A model generated the notes under the pieces. It saw only the letters and a program-made list of their open reading frames with translations, did not search any database and was not told the origin of the DNA. From positions 1 through 64,000 of the forward strand of contig CAXGAI010000009.1 of the NCBI GenBank assembly GCA_964007735.1: a stretch of DNA of 64,000 nucleotides, read 5' to 3'. The stretch is from an uncultured Rhodopirellula sp. (lineage in GTDB: Bacteria > Planctomycetota > Planctomycetia > Pirellulales > Pirellulaceae). Positions 37,074 to 47,360 of this stretch are shown here, piece after piece (the stretch's first letter is position 1; every line of letters starts with the position of its first letter). Position numbers and translations under genes: made by a program.

Positions 37074-39005
37074 ATGAGTACTCCTTCTCAAGAGCCAAAT
37101 TTCGAAGGCCTCCACGTTGCCGCATTTGAAAGTCGCCGCGCCGATGACATGGCGCGCCTGATCGAACGCAATAACGGCGTTGCTCATGTGAGTCCCTCAA
37201 TGCGAGAAGTCGCGTTGGAAGAAAACAGACCCAGTATTGATCTGGCTAACAGAATCATAACTGGTGAAGTCGATGTTCTCATTGTGATGACCGGTGTCGG
37301 GTTTAAGCATCTCATCAGTGCTATTGAACGTCATGTCGATATAGAACGATTCCTTAACTGCCTACAAGACATGACAACCGTAACGCGTGGCCCAAAGCCT
37401 GTCACTGCCATGAAAGAGTATGGCATTACACCTACAATCAAAGTACCATCACCCAATACCTGGCGAGAAGTACTTTCGACGCTCGATCAGCAGTTGCCAG
37501 TAAATCAACTGAGTATTGCTATTCAGGAATATGGAAAGCCTAACCTGAGTCTGGTAGCCGGACTGGAAGCGCGTGGAGCTCACGTCCAAACGGTTAAAGT
37601 CTATCGTTGGGAGTTACCGGAAGATACGTCTCTTCTGGAACAAAACATTCGGGCCATTATTGCTGGTGAGATGGATGTACTAATGTTTACATCCGCTCAT
37701 CAGTCAACCAACCTGTTCGCATTAGCCGGGCAACTTGGCTTGGAAGATGAACTAAAAACACAATTCGATAAATGCGTCATTGTTTCGATTGGCCCAACCA
37801 CCACCGAATGGATGCGTCATTTATCTTTACCGGTGGATCTTGAGCCTGAAAAACCTAAAATGGGCCCCATGGTCATCACCGCCGCTCGTAAAAGTAAAGA
37901 ATTAAAAGAGAGAAAGAAGAGGATTCGGCATATGCTATCCGGCCCGAGCTCAGATGTACTCGACCCTAATGCACCCTGGCACGACAGTCCATTCATGAAA
38001 GCCTGCCGCGGTGAAGAAACTAAAGTCACTCCCGTTTGGCTAATGCGTCAGGCCGGGAGATACATGAAAGAGTATCGGGATATTCGTAGTCAAACGACTT
38101 TCCTTGAACTCTGTAAACGACCCGACCTATGTGCTGAGATCATGGTAACGGCAGTCACCAAACTTGGCGTTGATGCCGCCATCATTTTTTCGGACCTGCT
38201 TCCCATTCTGGAACCGATGGGGCTCGATTTAGAGTTTGCTAAAGGAGAAGGTCCAGTCATTCATAACCCCATTCGTGAAGTTAAAGACATCGAACGAGTG
38301 ATGGAACTGGAAAGTGTTGAGTCACTCGACTTCGTGATGGAAACCGTGAAGCAAACTCGACTCGAGCTACCGGCGGATATGCCACTAATCGGATTCTCCG
38401 GAGCTCCGTTCACATTGGCCAGTTACGCCATCGAAGGAGGTTCCAGCCGTAACTACCTCAACACTAAAACAATCATGTATCGTGATGAAGGTGCCTGGCG
38501 GGAACTAATGCAGCGATTTGTTCGAGCAATCACTCGTTATCTCAACGCGCAAATTGCTGCTGGAGCACAGTGCGTGCAACTGTTTGATTCCTGGGCCGGC
38601 TGTTTAGGAACCGACGATTACCGGCGGTATGTACTACCTTACATCCAGGAAATCATCGCCGGGATTACACCGGGTGTACCGGTTATCAACTTCGCGACTG
38701 GCAACCCCGCGTTACTTCCCTTGTTAGCTGAAGCCGGCACTCGGGTGGTCGGAGTAGACTGGCGGATTCGTCTGGATGATGCGTGGGCTACCATTGGGCA
38801 TGACCGTTCGGTGCAGGGCAACCTGGATCCGCTCGTTCTTCTAGCTGATCGAAATACGATTCGCAGTCGCACCCAAGAAGTATTGGAGCAGGCCGCTGGG
38901 CGACCAGGCCACATCTTCAACCTAGGTCATGGTGTCTTACAGCAGACTCCCGTTGACAATGCCATTGCCTTAGTAGACATCGTGCACGAATTAAGTTCCC
39001 GGTAA
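37074..39005 (+). CDS. hemE: Fused uroporphyrinogen-III synthase / uroporphyrinogen decarboxylase (HemD-HemE)
   Basis: N-half is HemD-like (RGPKP, VYRW, FTSAHQ, SIGPTT). C-half is HemE (PVWLMRQAGRYMKEY, FSDLL, QLFDSW, IFNLGHG). Confidence 0.92.
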   Translation: MSTPSQEPNFEGLHVAAFESRRADDMARLIERNNGVAHVSPSMREVALEENRPSIDLANRIITGEVDVLIVMTGVGFKHLISAIERHVDIERFLNCLQDMTTVTRGPKPVTAMKEYGITPTIKVPSPNTWREVLSTLDQQLPVNQLSIAIQEYGKPNLSLVAGLEARGAHVQTVKVYRWELPEDTSLLEQNIRAIIAGEMDVLMFTSAHQSTNLFALAGQLGLEDELKTQFDKCVIVSIGPTTTEWMRHLSLPVDLEPEKPKMGPMVITAARKSKELKERKKRIRHMLSGPSSDVLDPNAPWHDSPFMKACRGEETKVTPVWLMRQAGRYMKEYRDIRSQTTFLELCKRPDLCAEIMVTAVTKLGVDAAIIFSDLLPILEPMGLDLEFAKGEGPVIHNPIREVKDIERVMELESVESLDFVMETVKQTRLELPADMPLIGFSGAPFTLASYAIEGGSSRNYLNTKTIMYRDEGAWRELMQRFVRAITRYLNAQIAAGAQCVQLFDSWAGCLGTDDYRRYVLPYIQEIIAGITPGVPVINFATGNPALLPLLAEAGTRVVGVDWRIRLDDAWATIGHDRSVQGNLDPLVLLADRNTIRSRTQEVLEQAAGRPGHIFNLGHGVLQQTPVDNAIALVDIVHELSSR

Positions 39006-39024
39006 TTGCGGAACGAACACCGAC

Positions 39025-39384
39025 TTAAATCTCTTTGTCAGAGATTCCAAATCGAAACTTAGATGGTTTTACAATTGGTGCGAGAATTTTGCGGTTACCT
39101 GAATTCGGCTGAACTTCCTGCTTAGACTTATCATCCTTAGATGGCTTTGATGTGGCGCTGAGATTCTTCAACGGCGGTAGAGGATTTAATTTCAGATCAA
39201 GTTTCAGCCCTAAATTGACTTCTGCTAAAGACGTCCCCGAAAGATCTTTCATGATCAATTCCAATGCTTCCTGCAACGCTCCCTGACGTACGGTTTTTGA
39301 GACGTCGATGGGTTCGTTCGCCTTCAACTGCATCGTAAAGAAACAAAAGATAATTATTGCAATGGTGGTCTTTGTAATTCTCAT
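39025..39384 (-). CDS. Small exported hypothetical protein
   Basis: Signal-peptide-like MRITKTTIAIIIFCFFTMQLKA; fills the gap between genes. Confidence 0.5.
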   Translation of the reverse strand: MRITKTTIAIIIFCFFTMQLKANEPIDVSKTVRQGALQEALELIMKDLSGTSLAEVNLGLKLDLKLNPLPPLKNLSATSKPSKDDKSKQEVQPNSGNRKILAPIVKPSKFRFGISDKEI

Positions 39385-39625
39385 GCTTTCGAATCCGCCT
39401 AACATTGATTGACTGTACAACCATCTTATTTAACTTGTTATCGGATGCCGTTTGTTTTGAATATTACTGTTCTACGGATTTTACGAGATTTTGATAAACT
39501 GTAACGATTAAACAAAAAAAACACCCGCGACGCATCAATATAAACTGATGAGTTTGCCATTTATTTTCTGTCAGCGCCCTGAAGCGCACCAGACTTTTCA
39601 GCACTCCTTGCCTTGGAATTCATAC

Positions 39626-39988
39626 GTGACCGGACTGTCGAAACCACCCTACGAAATTGCGGACTTTTCAAAAATCGAAGGCGTACCCTGCCCCTGCGGT
39701 ACCGCGAGACGTGCATTTACCGATGTGGAGGATTTCCCTGGCACCGTCCATGTCACAGAAATCTCTATGAATGCGCAAACGCACTATCACAAAAGACTGA
39801 CAGAAACTTACTTTTTTCTTGAATGTGATGACGATGCCAAAATGCAACTCAATGATGAGATCGTTTCTGTAAGGCCGGGAATGTCGATCATCATTCGTCC
39901 AGGGACCCTTCATCGAGCCATAGGAAAAATGAAAGTGCTCATTATGGTCTTACCGAAATTCGATCCGGAAGATGAGTATCTGGTTTAA
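39626..39988 (+). CDS. Cupin domain protein
   Basis: CPCG, HYHKRLTETY and PGTLHRA motifs. Start uncertain (ORF opens at 39548). Confidence 0.82.
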   Translation: MTGLSKPPYEIADFSKIEGVPCPCGTARRAFTDVEDFPGTVHVTEISMNAQTHYHKRLTETYFFLECDDDAKMQLNDEIVSVRPGMSIIIRPGTLHRAIGKMKVLIMVLPKFDPEDEYLV

Positions 39989-40815
39989 CCCGTTGGAGTA
40001 AGATCCTGCTCGGACCAGGGATTTTGCCAGTCCCCCCAATTCTCGAGATACTGTCTATAAATCGGAAACTCATCGCTTTTGGATTCTAACCACGCTTGAG
40101 TTTCTCGGACAATTCTCTGTTCATCCTGAAGAGTCAGGTCGCCCATCAGAACACTGGTTCTCAGGAATACAAAATATGTGTCTAGCACATCACAACGACA
40201 ATAATCATTAATCCGTTGCAGATTACCTTCATTGTACAATTGGTAAACCATATCTCCGGCAACATCCATCTTTCCAGGCTTGCCGATCAGGTTAGCCATC
40301 AGATTCAAGCCGCCATACATTCGTGATGCGCCGTGATTGGTTAGAACATCCTGCACGTCAAAATGGCTCTGAAGGTTATAGCGGTTACGAGGCTGATTAA
40401 AACTTTTCGATTGTCGAGCGAACCAACGCTTGAGCGAAATTCCATAGCGGAATGCACCTAACTCCATAACCGGAACGTCAAAGCCGCGACCATTAAACGT
40501 GACAAGCGTCGCTTGATACTTCTCCCAACCTTTCCAGAAATGTTGGGTAATGATATGCGGCCTCCCTTCTTGTTCATCCAATGCAACTAAATCAACCAAT
40601 TCATAAGACTGATTCACTTTGGCGATAACAACCGAAACCGGTAAGTGGTACGTATGAGGTACAAAATCAGAACCGTTTTTATCGAAAAGCTCCGTTTGGT
40701 ACTTTTCGATTGCCTGTTGAGGCTGTAATTCTTCCTTGGGATAACGAATATGAGAAATCAGCTCGCCATCCGGAACTGTTTCAATGTCGAAAACCAAAAA
40801 ACGAATATCGCTCAT
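39985..40815 (-). CDS. Stand-alone PolB-like DEDDy 3'-5' exonuclease
   Basis: FDIETVPD (ExoI), FNGRGFD (ExoII) and YCRCDV (ExoIII). Confidence 0.88.
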   Translation of the reverse strand: MSDIRFLVFDIETVPDGELISHIRYPKEELQPQQAIEKYQTELFDKNGSDFVPHTYHLPVSVVIAKVNQSYELVDLVALDEQEGRPHIITQHFWKGWEKYQATLVTFNGRGFDVPVMELGAFRYGISLKRWFARQSKSFNQPRNRYNLQSHFDVQDVLTNHGASRMYGGLNLMANLIGKPGKMDVAGDMVYQLYNEGNLQRINDYCRCDVLDTYFVFLRTSVLMGDLTLQDEQRIVRETQAWLESKSDEFPIYRQYLENWGDWQNPWSEQDLTPTG

Positions 40816-40891
40816 CAATAAATCTTTCGTATTAATCGCTAGTTGAAGCTGACTTCCCTGTCTTCGCAAAACTACGATAGGTAACTCGGGA

Positions 40892-42148
40892 CTAAGACTG
40901 GCTATTGTTTGCCCAAACGACTGCTGTTTGGATAAGTACCTGACCTTGTTGAATCATTTCATCCAGACATGCCCATTCCAGTGGCGAATGCTGCGTGTGT
41001 TGACCACTCGACAGATTGGGCGTCGGGAGTCCTTTTTCGGTAAGCATCGAACCATCCGTTCCTCCTCGAATTGAGCTTAACCTGTACTCAAGCCCAAGCT
41101 CATCATGGGCCTGTTTTGCGAATTCAACGGCTCGCGGTTCGTTTGGAAGCCCGTCGGCCATATTGCGATATTGCTTTTGATGATCCACTTCAATCGTGAT
41201 CCCTGGGTAATCCTTCTCGACCTGTCTCGCAATTTCAACTACCAAGTCTGCTTTGACTTGTAATTGAGCGGTTTCGAAATCCCGCAAAAGAATTTTGATC
41301 GTCACTTCAGCAACACCCCCATCCAAAACATAGGGGTGAATAAAACCAACTCGATCCTCCGTGGTTTCAGGTGCCTGTTCCGGTGGTAATCGTTCAAGTA
41401 AAGCGCCTGCAGCCCGTAACGCATTTACCATTCGGTCCTTGGCAATCGAAGGATGGATATTAACCCCTTTGACAATCACCGTCAGTCCGTCAGCCGAAAA
41501 CGTTTCCACATCAATGTCCCCTGCTCCGCCCCCATCAAGTGTGTAAGCAGCTACGGCTCCCATCTTATCGATATCCACATGATTTACACCACGACCGATT
41601 TCCTCATCGCAAGTAAACAAAATTCGAATCGGACCATGCTTGATCTCAGGATGCTCTGTTAAGTAATGAGCGGACTCCATGATAATCGCGATGCCGGCTT
41701 TATCATCACCACCGAGTAGTGTCGTACCATCGGTAGTAATCAACGTCTTTCCAATCAAGTCATTTAGCTCGGGATTTTCGGCAATTGTAATGATCTTAGA
41801 AGAGTCTCCTGCCAGTGGAATATCGCCCCCCTCATAACTTTGAATCACGTGAGGCTTAACATTTTCCCCCGTGGTCTCCGGTGATGTATCTAGGTGAGAA
41901 TTCCAACCAATGGTAGGCGTATCTTCTACGTTACCGGGAATCATCGCCCAAACTAATCCATACTCATCTACATGAGCGTCTTGGGCCCCAAGTTCTTCTA
42001 GTTCAGCGAGTATCATTCGGCCCAATTCCCACTGGCCTTCGCTGCTGGGATAAACCTGTGTTTCAGCATTCGCCGTCGTGTTCACTTTGACATACCGAAG
42101 AAACCTCTCCAGTAACCGTTCTCGATTTAGATTCGCTAATTCTGCCAT
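40892..42148 (-). CDS. pepT: Peptidase T (tripeptide aminopeptidase)
   Basis: ERFLRYVK, HLDTS, TTLLGGDDKAG, DEEIG and IRGGTDG motifs. Confidence 0.93.
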   Translation of the reverse strand: MAELANLNRERLLERFLRYVKVNTTANAETQVYPSSEGQWELGRMILAELEELGAQDAHVDEYGLVWAMIPGNVEDTPTIGWNSHLDTSPETTGENVKPHVIQSYEGGDIPLAGDSSKIITIAENPELNDLIGKTLITTDGTTLLGGDDKAGIAIIMESAHYLTEHPEIKHGPIRILFTCDEEIGRGVNHVDIDKMGAVAAYTLDGGGAGDIDVETFSADGLTVIVKGVNIHPSIAKDRMVNALRAAGALLERLPPEQAPETTEDRVGFIHPYVLDGGVAEVTIKILLRDFETAQLQVKADLVVEIARQVEKDYPGITIEVDHQKQYRNMADGLPNEPRAVEFAKQAHDELGLEYRLSSIRGGTDGSMLTEKGLPTPNLSSGQHTQHSPLEWACLDEMIQQGQVLIQTAVVWANNSQS

Positions 42149-42165
42149 GATGTGATTCCTAGATG

Positions 42166-42675
42166 TTATTTAGTGGCTTCCCGAATTAAATGTTTCAATT
42201 CCGGGAGAATGATTTTTTCCATTGCCAAGAGCACTGCGGCAGGAGAGCCCGGCATGGTGATCACTAACAATTCATTAATCAGCCCCGCAGTGGCTCGAGA
42301 TAAGATACTCGCAGAACCGATTTCCTTAAAGCTGAGATAGCGAAACAGTTCACCGTAGCCAGTGATTTCCCGGGTAAACAATGCGGTGACTGTTTCATAG
42401 GTTTGATCACGATTAGAAATCCCCGTTCCACCTGTCATCAGAACCGCTTGGATTCCCTGCTGTTGAGCACACTCATTTAATAACAATCGCATCGCATCTG
42501 GTTCGTCCGGAATAATTTCACGACGCGCGACCTCATGTCCGGCTTGAGTAATTAACTCGATAATCAGACTCCCGCCCCGATCCGTCTCGAGCGTACGCGT
42601 ATCACTGATCGTCACCACACCAATGCGAATCGATTCAGCAGGACCTGATTTGTGTTCTTCGACAGACTGACTCAT
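42166..42675 (-). CDS. moaB: Molybdopterin adenylyltransferase MoaB/MogA
   Basis: TISDTR, PDE, TGGTG, SRA and MPGS motifs. Confidence 0.88.
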   Translation of the reverse strand: MSQSVEEHKSGPAESIRIGVVTISDTRTLETDRGGSLIIELITQAGHEVARREIIPDEPDAMRLLLNECAQQQGIQAVLMTGGTGISNRDQTYETVTALFTREITGYGELFRYLSFKEIGSASILSRATAGLINELLVITMPGSPAAVLLAMEKIILPELKHLIREATK

Positions 42676-42685
42676 TGTATAACCT

Positions 42686-44002
42686 CTAGTCTCCGTAACT
42701 ACTCACGGCATCGCGGCTTAGCATCACCCGGTCTTCCAGATTTGGTCGGAACATGACAAGGACAATCAACGGAAGGGACCAGCCGAGGAAAAGACCACCC
42801 CCTTCACCATTCCAAAACCGAGTTGCCAAAAGCAAAGCTGCAGTACAACTCGTAAGACTGCCAAGATTCTTTTGGGCGGGCCACATGGTAAAAGTAATAC
42901 TCATCATGATAAACGCCGTGATCAGTGGAATGCGATAAACCGGTGCCCAGCCATAACTCCATAGGCCCTGCAAATATTTTGGATTCATTTGCGGGGTCAA
43001 AACACCATGCATGCGTTTCATTTGGGCCACAAAATCTGTAAAGTCACTCTTCGTAAGAAATAGCCCCAGCACTAAGAGCCCCCAGCCCAGCAGTACACCC
43101 AGACTGAATTTAGTTTTTCCTCGTTGCCAGTAGAAACTCACCCAAAGGGGGAGCAGGAACAGAGGGTAATAAATACAGAATGAAAGCGATAGAAGGAAGC
43201 CAGCGATCATTGGCTTGCGATAAAATAACAGAGCCCAAACGAGGAAAGCCCCGGGGAGCACATGATCAACGTGCCCTCCCATCTCGCCAGTGTACGGAAT
43301 CAATAAATAAATGACGGCGGCTCCCAATCCCATACGCACGTTTTCAAAGTGAACCGACCCAACAAGAATCAGCCCGACCACCACAAAAAAATGAGCCGCA
43401 ATCACAAGCCCCAGCGAAAGCGCCTGACTCATTTCAAATGAATACACGCCGGATTTACCACTTTGCTGATTCAACTCAAAAGGCGTTTCCCAAAATGCCA
43501 CCGGTACGGGAGGAAGATCTTCAAGAATACGATAGCCCGGCATCTGCGGAGAACTGAGATCTCGGAGGACCTCAGCATCACTCTGTAAGTAACCAAGTGA
43601 GACATTGCTCACTAATAATACAAACAATGCGAAAACTAAAAATGACAATCCCCCGGCGGACAAATTTGGCTCCAGTAGTGGTCGACGCACCATCGTACAG
43701 TCGTAGAACATGCGGAGCATAAAAATTCCACCCATGACCCAAAGGGTGACATAGCCAAGCCTTACGATTTCCTCGAAACCATTCGTGATTCCAAAGGAGA
43801 CGAGCATAAAGCAGGGTGAAAAAAGCGAAAGCAGGAGGATATCCAGATTTCGCATACTAAAGAAACGGCCAAATTTGAAGAAGACAGCAATCGAAAGCAA
43901 CGTCGTCAAATACAACCATGTCGTAGATTCGACATGCTCATAACTAAAGAAAAGTTCATTTAGTTGTTCGTACAATTGCTGGTTTTCAAACATAATGGGC
44001 AC
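42686..44002 (-). CDS. Polytopic membrane protein, hypothetical (possibly GT-C-like)
   Basis: About 11-12 hydrophobic segments; no definite family recognised. Confidence 0.65.
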   Translation of the reverse strand: MPIMFENQQLYEQLNELFFSYEHVESTTWLYLTTLLSIAVFFKFGRFFSMRNLDILLLSLFSPCFMLVSFGITNGFEEIVRLGYVTLWVMGGIFMLRMFYDCTMVRRPLLEPNLSAGGLSFLVFALFVLLVSNVSLGYLQSDAEVLRDLSSPQMPGYRILEDLPPVPVAFWETPFELNQQSGKSGVYSFEMSQALSLGLVIAAHFFVVVGLILVGSVHFENVRMGLGAAVIYLLIPYTGEMGGHVDHVLPGAFLVWALLFYRKPMIAGFLLSLSFCIYYPLFLLPLWVSFYWQRGKTKFSLGVLLGWGLLVLGLFLTKSDFTDFVAQMKRMHGVLTPQMNPKYLQGLWSYGWAPVYRIPLITAFIMMSITFTMWPAQKNLGSLTSCTAALLLATRFWNGEGGGLFLGWSLPLIVLVMFRPNLEDRVMLSRDAVSSYGD

Positions 44003-44055
44003 TCGTGAGAATACAACTATTGTATCCCAGTTGTGGCTCTTTTAACCAATTGAAT

Positions 44056-45294
44056 TTATCGTAAGCGGTCGCGTGCTTGTTGTGCCCAGGGGCTATCCGG
44101 AGCTAATACTAAAAATGCACGCCAATGATCGGTAGCCTTTTCCGCCTGTCCTAATTCATCCAGCGTTCTAGCGAGGTGATAATGCGCATCTGGATAATCC
44201 GGGTGATATCTAAGGGCCCCAAGTAACGCAGCAACCGCCAGATCCAACTCACCTGTATCAATCAAAACACAACCCAGATTTGCACGAGCTTCCACATAGT
44301 TCTCATCCAATTCGATCGCCATATAATAGCGTTCACGGGCTGCCGTATAGTCGTTGGTTCGATATAACAATTCGGCTAATTGAAAACAAACTTCAGCCCG
44401 CAAGCCATACTCAGCCAAAAAGCTACGATACAAATCGATCGCGATATCTAATTCGCCAGCTTCTTCATGGCCGGTAGCTCGCGCCAACATTTCTTCCGGA
44501 TTCTGCGGCATCTTTGCCCGCTCAACCATTTTATCGAATGCCAGAATTTGCGGATTTCCTTCCTCCTCCCGCTCCAGTACTCGCAACACGTCGTCACGAG
44601 TGACTTCAATAATATTCTGTTCTTCGGCTACTTCTTCCAGAGAGCCAAAATCGATTCGCAATTGTCCACCCGGTTCAACTAACCCTTCACCCTGCCTCAG
44701 CAAAATGTGTCGGCCTTCGACAATCACAGAGAGTTGAGCCAACGGTCGTTCCACATCGGGAACATATCTTGCCAGTTCTTCTAAGCGATGCTCAATTTCT
44801 GACGGTGATGCGCCTGCTTCCAAGAGTTCCGCCAGATGCCGAGCTGTCGCTACTTCCTGAAAGTCAAAGTAAGGTAAACGATGTATTTCACGAACCGGAA
44901 CAATCAAACCCCGTCGATGCCAGCGGCGAATAACGGCAACGGAAATATCCAGCATTTCAGCAAGCATCGCAGGCGTGTACAGACGTCTAATGACCTGATC
45001 CTCTGTCAACAAACCCAAACGCTCCCAAAACTGTGTTTCGGTAATCACTTCACAGTTCTCTTCCGCCACACTCGAGAGAACCGATGACGGTAACAATTCT
45101 TCAGGGGTCGTTGGAGGCCATTGGTCTGCACCAATAATGACAATATCAACATTGGCCTCTTCTAAATCGTCTTGATTCATAACGAAGCCGCCATTCTCAA
45201 TAATCAATGAGCGGGCCTGTCGCCGGCTAACACCGCCGAGTTTACCCACAAACGCGATGCGTTTACCTTGGAATGGAGGAGGGACTAAAGTCAC
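44056..45294 (-). CDS. BRCT - MerR-type HTH - TPR protein
   Basis: GKRIAFVGKL...ITETQFW (BRCT-like), YTPAMLAEML...IRRWHRRGLI (MerR HTH) and C-terminal TPRs. Confidence 0.8.
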   Translation of the reverse strand: MTLVPPPFQGKRIAFVGKLGGVSRRQARSLIIENGGFVMNQDDLEEANVDIVIIGADQWPPTTPEELLPSSVLSSVAEENCEVITETQFWERLGLLTEDQVIRRLYTPAMLAEMLDISVAVIRRWHRRGLIVPVREIHRLPYFDFQEVATARHLAELLEAGASPSEIEHRLEELARYVPDVERPLAQLSVIVEGRHILLRQGEGLVEPGGQLRIDFGSLEEVAEEQNIIEVTRDDVLRVLEREEEGNPQILAFDKMVERAKMPQNPEEMLARATGHEEAGELDIAIDLYRSFLAEYGLRAEVCFQLAELLYRTNDYTAARERYYMAIELDENYVEARANLGCVLIDTGELDLAVAALLGALRYHPDYPDAHYHLARTLDELGQAEKATDHWRAFLVLAPDSPWAQQARDRLR

Positions 45295-45332
45295 AACAAC
45301 AACTCAGAGTTACTTTCTCTTACGTTTATTCA

Positions 45333-45358
45333 AAAAGGGATAGTCGCCAAACGACTAT
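45333..45358 (-). terminator. Possible terminator between the HEAT gene and the BRCT-MerR-TPR gene
   Basis: ATAGTCG-CCAAA-CGACTAT hairpin followed by CCCTTTTT on the minus strand. Confidence 0.4.
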
Positions 45359-45418
45359 AGGAATGCCATCTCTAATATTCATAACCCAGAGTTAACATTG
45401 ATTCATCAAAAAAAGGGC

Positions 45419-46513
45419 CTAGGATTCTTTAATACTCACCAAAAGCTCCTTTGCCAATGCTTTCGCTTTACCGCCAAACACATCTGATTCAGCAGCTGCC
45501 TTTATGGAAGGGATTAATTCCAACAATTCAGACGTCTCGTGATATTTGCTTAGCGCCGAGACCGCATCAATCGCTGTTGCGGCGACAACACTACGCTTGA
45601 AGTCATGGCTTGACTCATAAGCTTCCCCCGCCACTACACTTTCGCTTTCTGCATCCAACATTTCCAATAAAACATTTTTACCGGACATGTCTCCATGGCG
45701 AGCTAAACCAGCCGCCGCATTAAATCGAGCATTCGGGAATGAATCAGACAACATTCCCTGCAAGCGAATTAACGCTTCCTCCCCACCTAAAACGCCCAAG
45801 GCAAAACCAATTGTACTTCGTAACTGATCTATTTTGATTTGTAGTCCCGGGTTCTGTGCCTGAACATTCGATGTTTCAATCAACGCTGCTAACAATTCCT
45901 TATTGTCACGTTGGGATTCCGGTCCCAAATTCTGAATTAGAATAGAAAGTGATTCAACAGCCGAACGTCCGATTTCAATTTCGCTTTCGGTATCCGTCTT
46001 CTTCATAGCAGAGATCAACGCGTTCATCCCTTCAGGAATTTCAAATTCACCCAAACAACGACACACAAACACTCTTAGCTTCACCAGATTTGGATCCGCG
46101 ACCTCGACATCCAATGGCGAATCCAGAATCGAGACTAACTCTGCTGCTAACTCGGGATCGTTCTTTAGCTCTTTTGAATTTGGCGTACGAAGCAAATTGG
46201 ATAGAGTGTATGCTTTTTGCCAGCTGGAACTATCCATCTTTCGCAAGCCTCGCACCAATTCTGTAGGCGACTCACTTTGAGAAATAACATTAAACAGCAA
46301 CCAAACGCAAATAATTGCGGCTACGATCACCATTGGGATCAGAAATAACTGCACCAAAAATCCGGCTTGGGGAGGTTGAACATCAGGTAACGCCTGAGTT
46401 ACTTCAGGAGATTCCGACGTCGATGTAACTTGTTGTTTTTCTGGATGATCTAACAAAGATCCAAACTCCACTAGAAAAAGAATACTTCTCTCCAGTGCTG
46501 GGGAACGCACCAA
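45419..46513 (-). CDS. Membrane-anchored HEAT-repeat protein
   Basis: One TM, then HEAT-like repeats (FALGVLGG, ARFNAAAGLARHG). Start uncertain. Confidence 0.75.
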   Translation of the reverse strand: MVRSPALERSILFLVEFGSLLDHPEKQQVTSTSESPEVTQALPDVQPPQAGFLVQLFLIPMVIVAAIICVWLLFNVISQSESPTELVRGLRKMDSSSWQKAYTLSNLLRTPNSKELKNDPELAAELVSILDSPLDVEVADPNLVKLRVFVCRCLGEFEIPEGMNALISAMKKTDTESEIEIGRSAVESLSILIQNLGPESQRDNKELLAALIETSNVQAQNPGLQIKIDQLRSTIGFALGVLGGEEALIRLQGMLSDSFPNARFNAAAGLARHGDMSGKNVLLEMLDAESESVVAGEAYESSHDFKRSVVAATAIDAVSALSKYHETSELLELIPSIKAAAESDVFGGKAKALAKELLVSIKES

Positions 46514-46624
46514 AGAGTATGAATTTAGTGTAGATTGAGCAGTAATACCGTCAAGATGATTCAGTCGTTTGCGTCGGTTTACCCCATACCATTTTCACCT
46601 TAGTTTGACCGAAAAATCTGATTC

Positions 46625-47347
46625 ATGCAGTTGTTAGACATCACCTACGACTCAGTGATCGAAAACATCGCACTCGACGAGGCGTTATTGCTTTACAGTG
46701 AGCAGACCGGTGAAGAATTTCTTAGATTCTGGAAGCCCCAACATAACACTGTGGTGATGGGACGTAGTGGCAAACTTGAGCAGGAAGCCGCCAAAGAATA
46801 CTGCCGTAAAAACCAGATTCCGGTTTACCGTCGGCCAAGTGGTGGGGGCACAATCCTAACCGGCCCCGGTTGCCTCATGTATACCGTTGTACTTAACAGC
46901 AATTTAAACGGCCGACTGAAAGAAATTCAGGGCTGTCATGATTTCGTTTTGGGCCAAATGGCGATTGCTTTAAATAATATTGGAATCCCCTGCTGTATTC
47001 TGGGGGTCAGCGATCTCGTAATTGGCAATTTGAAGTTCTCGGGAAACAGCCTACGTCTCAAACGCGATGCCATTCTGTATCACGGGACACTGCTGTGTAA
47101 ATTCAACCTCAAAGAAATCTCCAATGCCTTACTTCCTCCACCCAAACAACCGGACTATCGACAAAAAAGATCTCATGCGGAGTTTGTTACTAATCTGGAA
47201 CGTTCCATGAAAGAGATTCAGTCAGCGATTACGGAACACTGGAAGCCCGTAATTACGGGTGACGATATACCGCAACCAGTGGAGGTTTTATATCAAGATT
47301 TACTGGACAACAAGTATCTGGATTCCAACTGGGACGTGCTGTCCTAA
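46625..47347 (+). CDS. Lipoate-protein ligase family (catalytic domain only)
   Basis: NIALDEALL, RRPSGGG, KFSGNS and HGTLL motifs. Confidence 0.88.
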   Translation: MQLLDITYDSVIENIALDEALLLYSEQTGEEFLRFWKPQHNTVVMGRSGKLEQEAAKEYCRKNQIPVYRRPSGGGTILTGPGCLMYTVVLNSNLNGRLKEIQGCHDFVLGQMAIALNNIGIPCCILGVSDLVIGNLKFSGNSLRLKRDAILYHGTLLCKFNLKEISNALLPPPKQPDYRQKRSHAEFVTNLERSMKEIQSAITEHWKPVITGDDIPQPVEVLYQDLLDNKYLDSNWDVLS

Positions 47348-47360
47348 AGGCCGACTCCTA

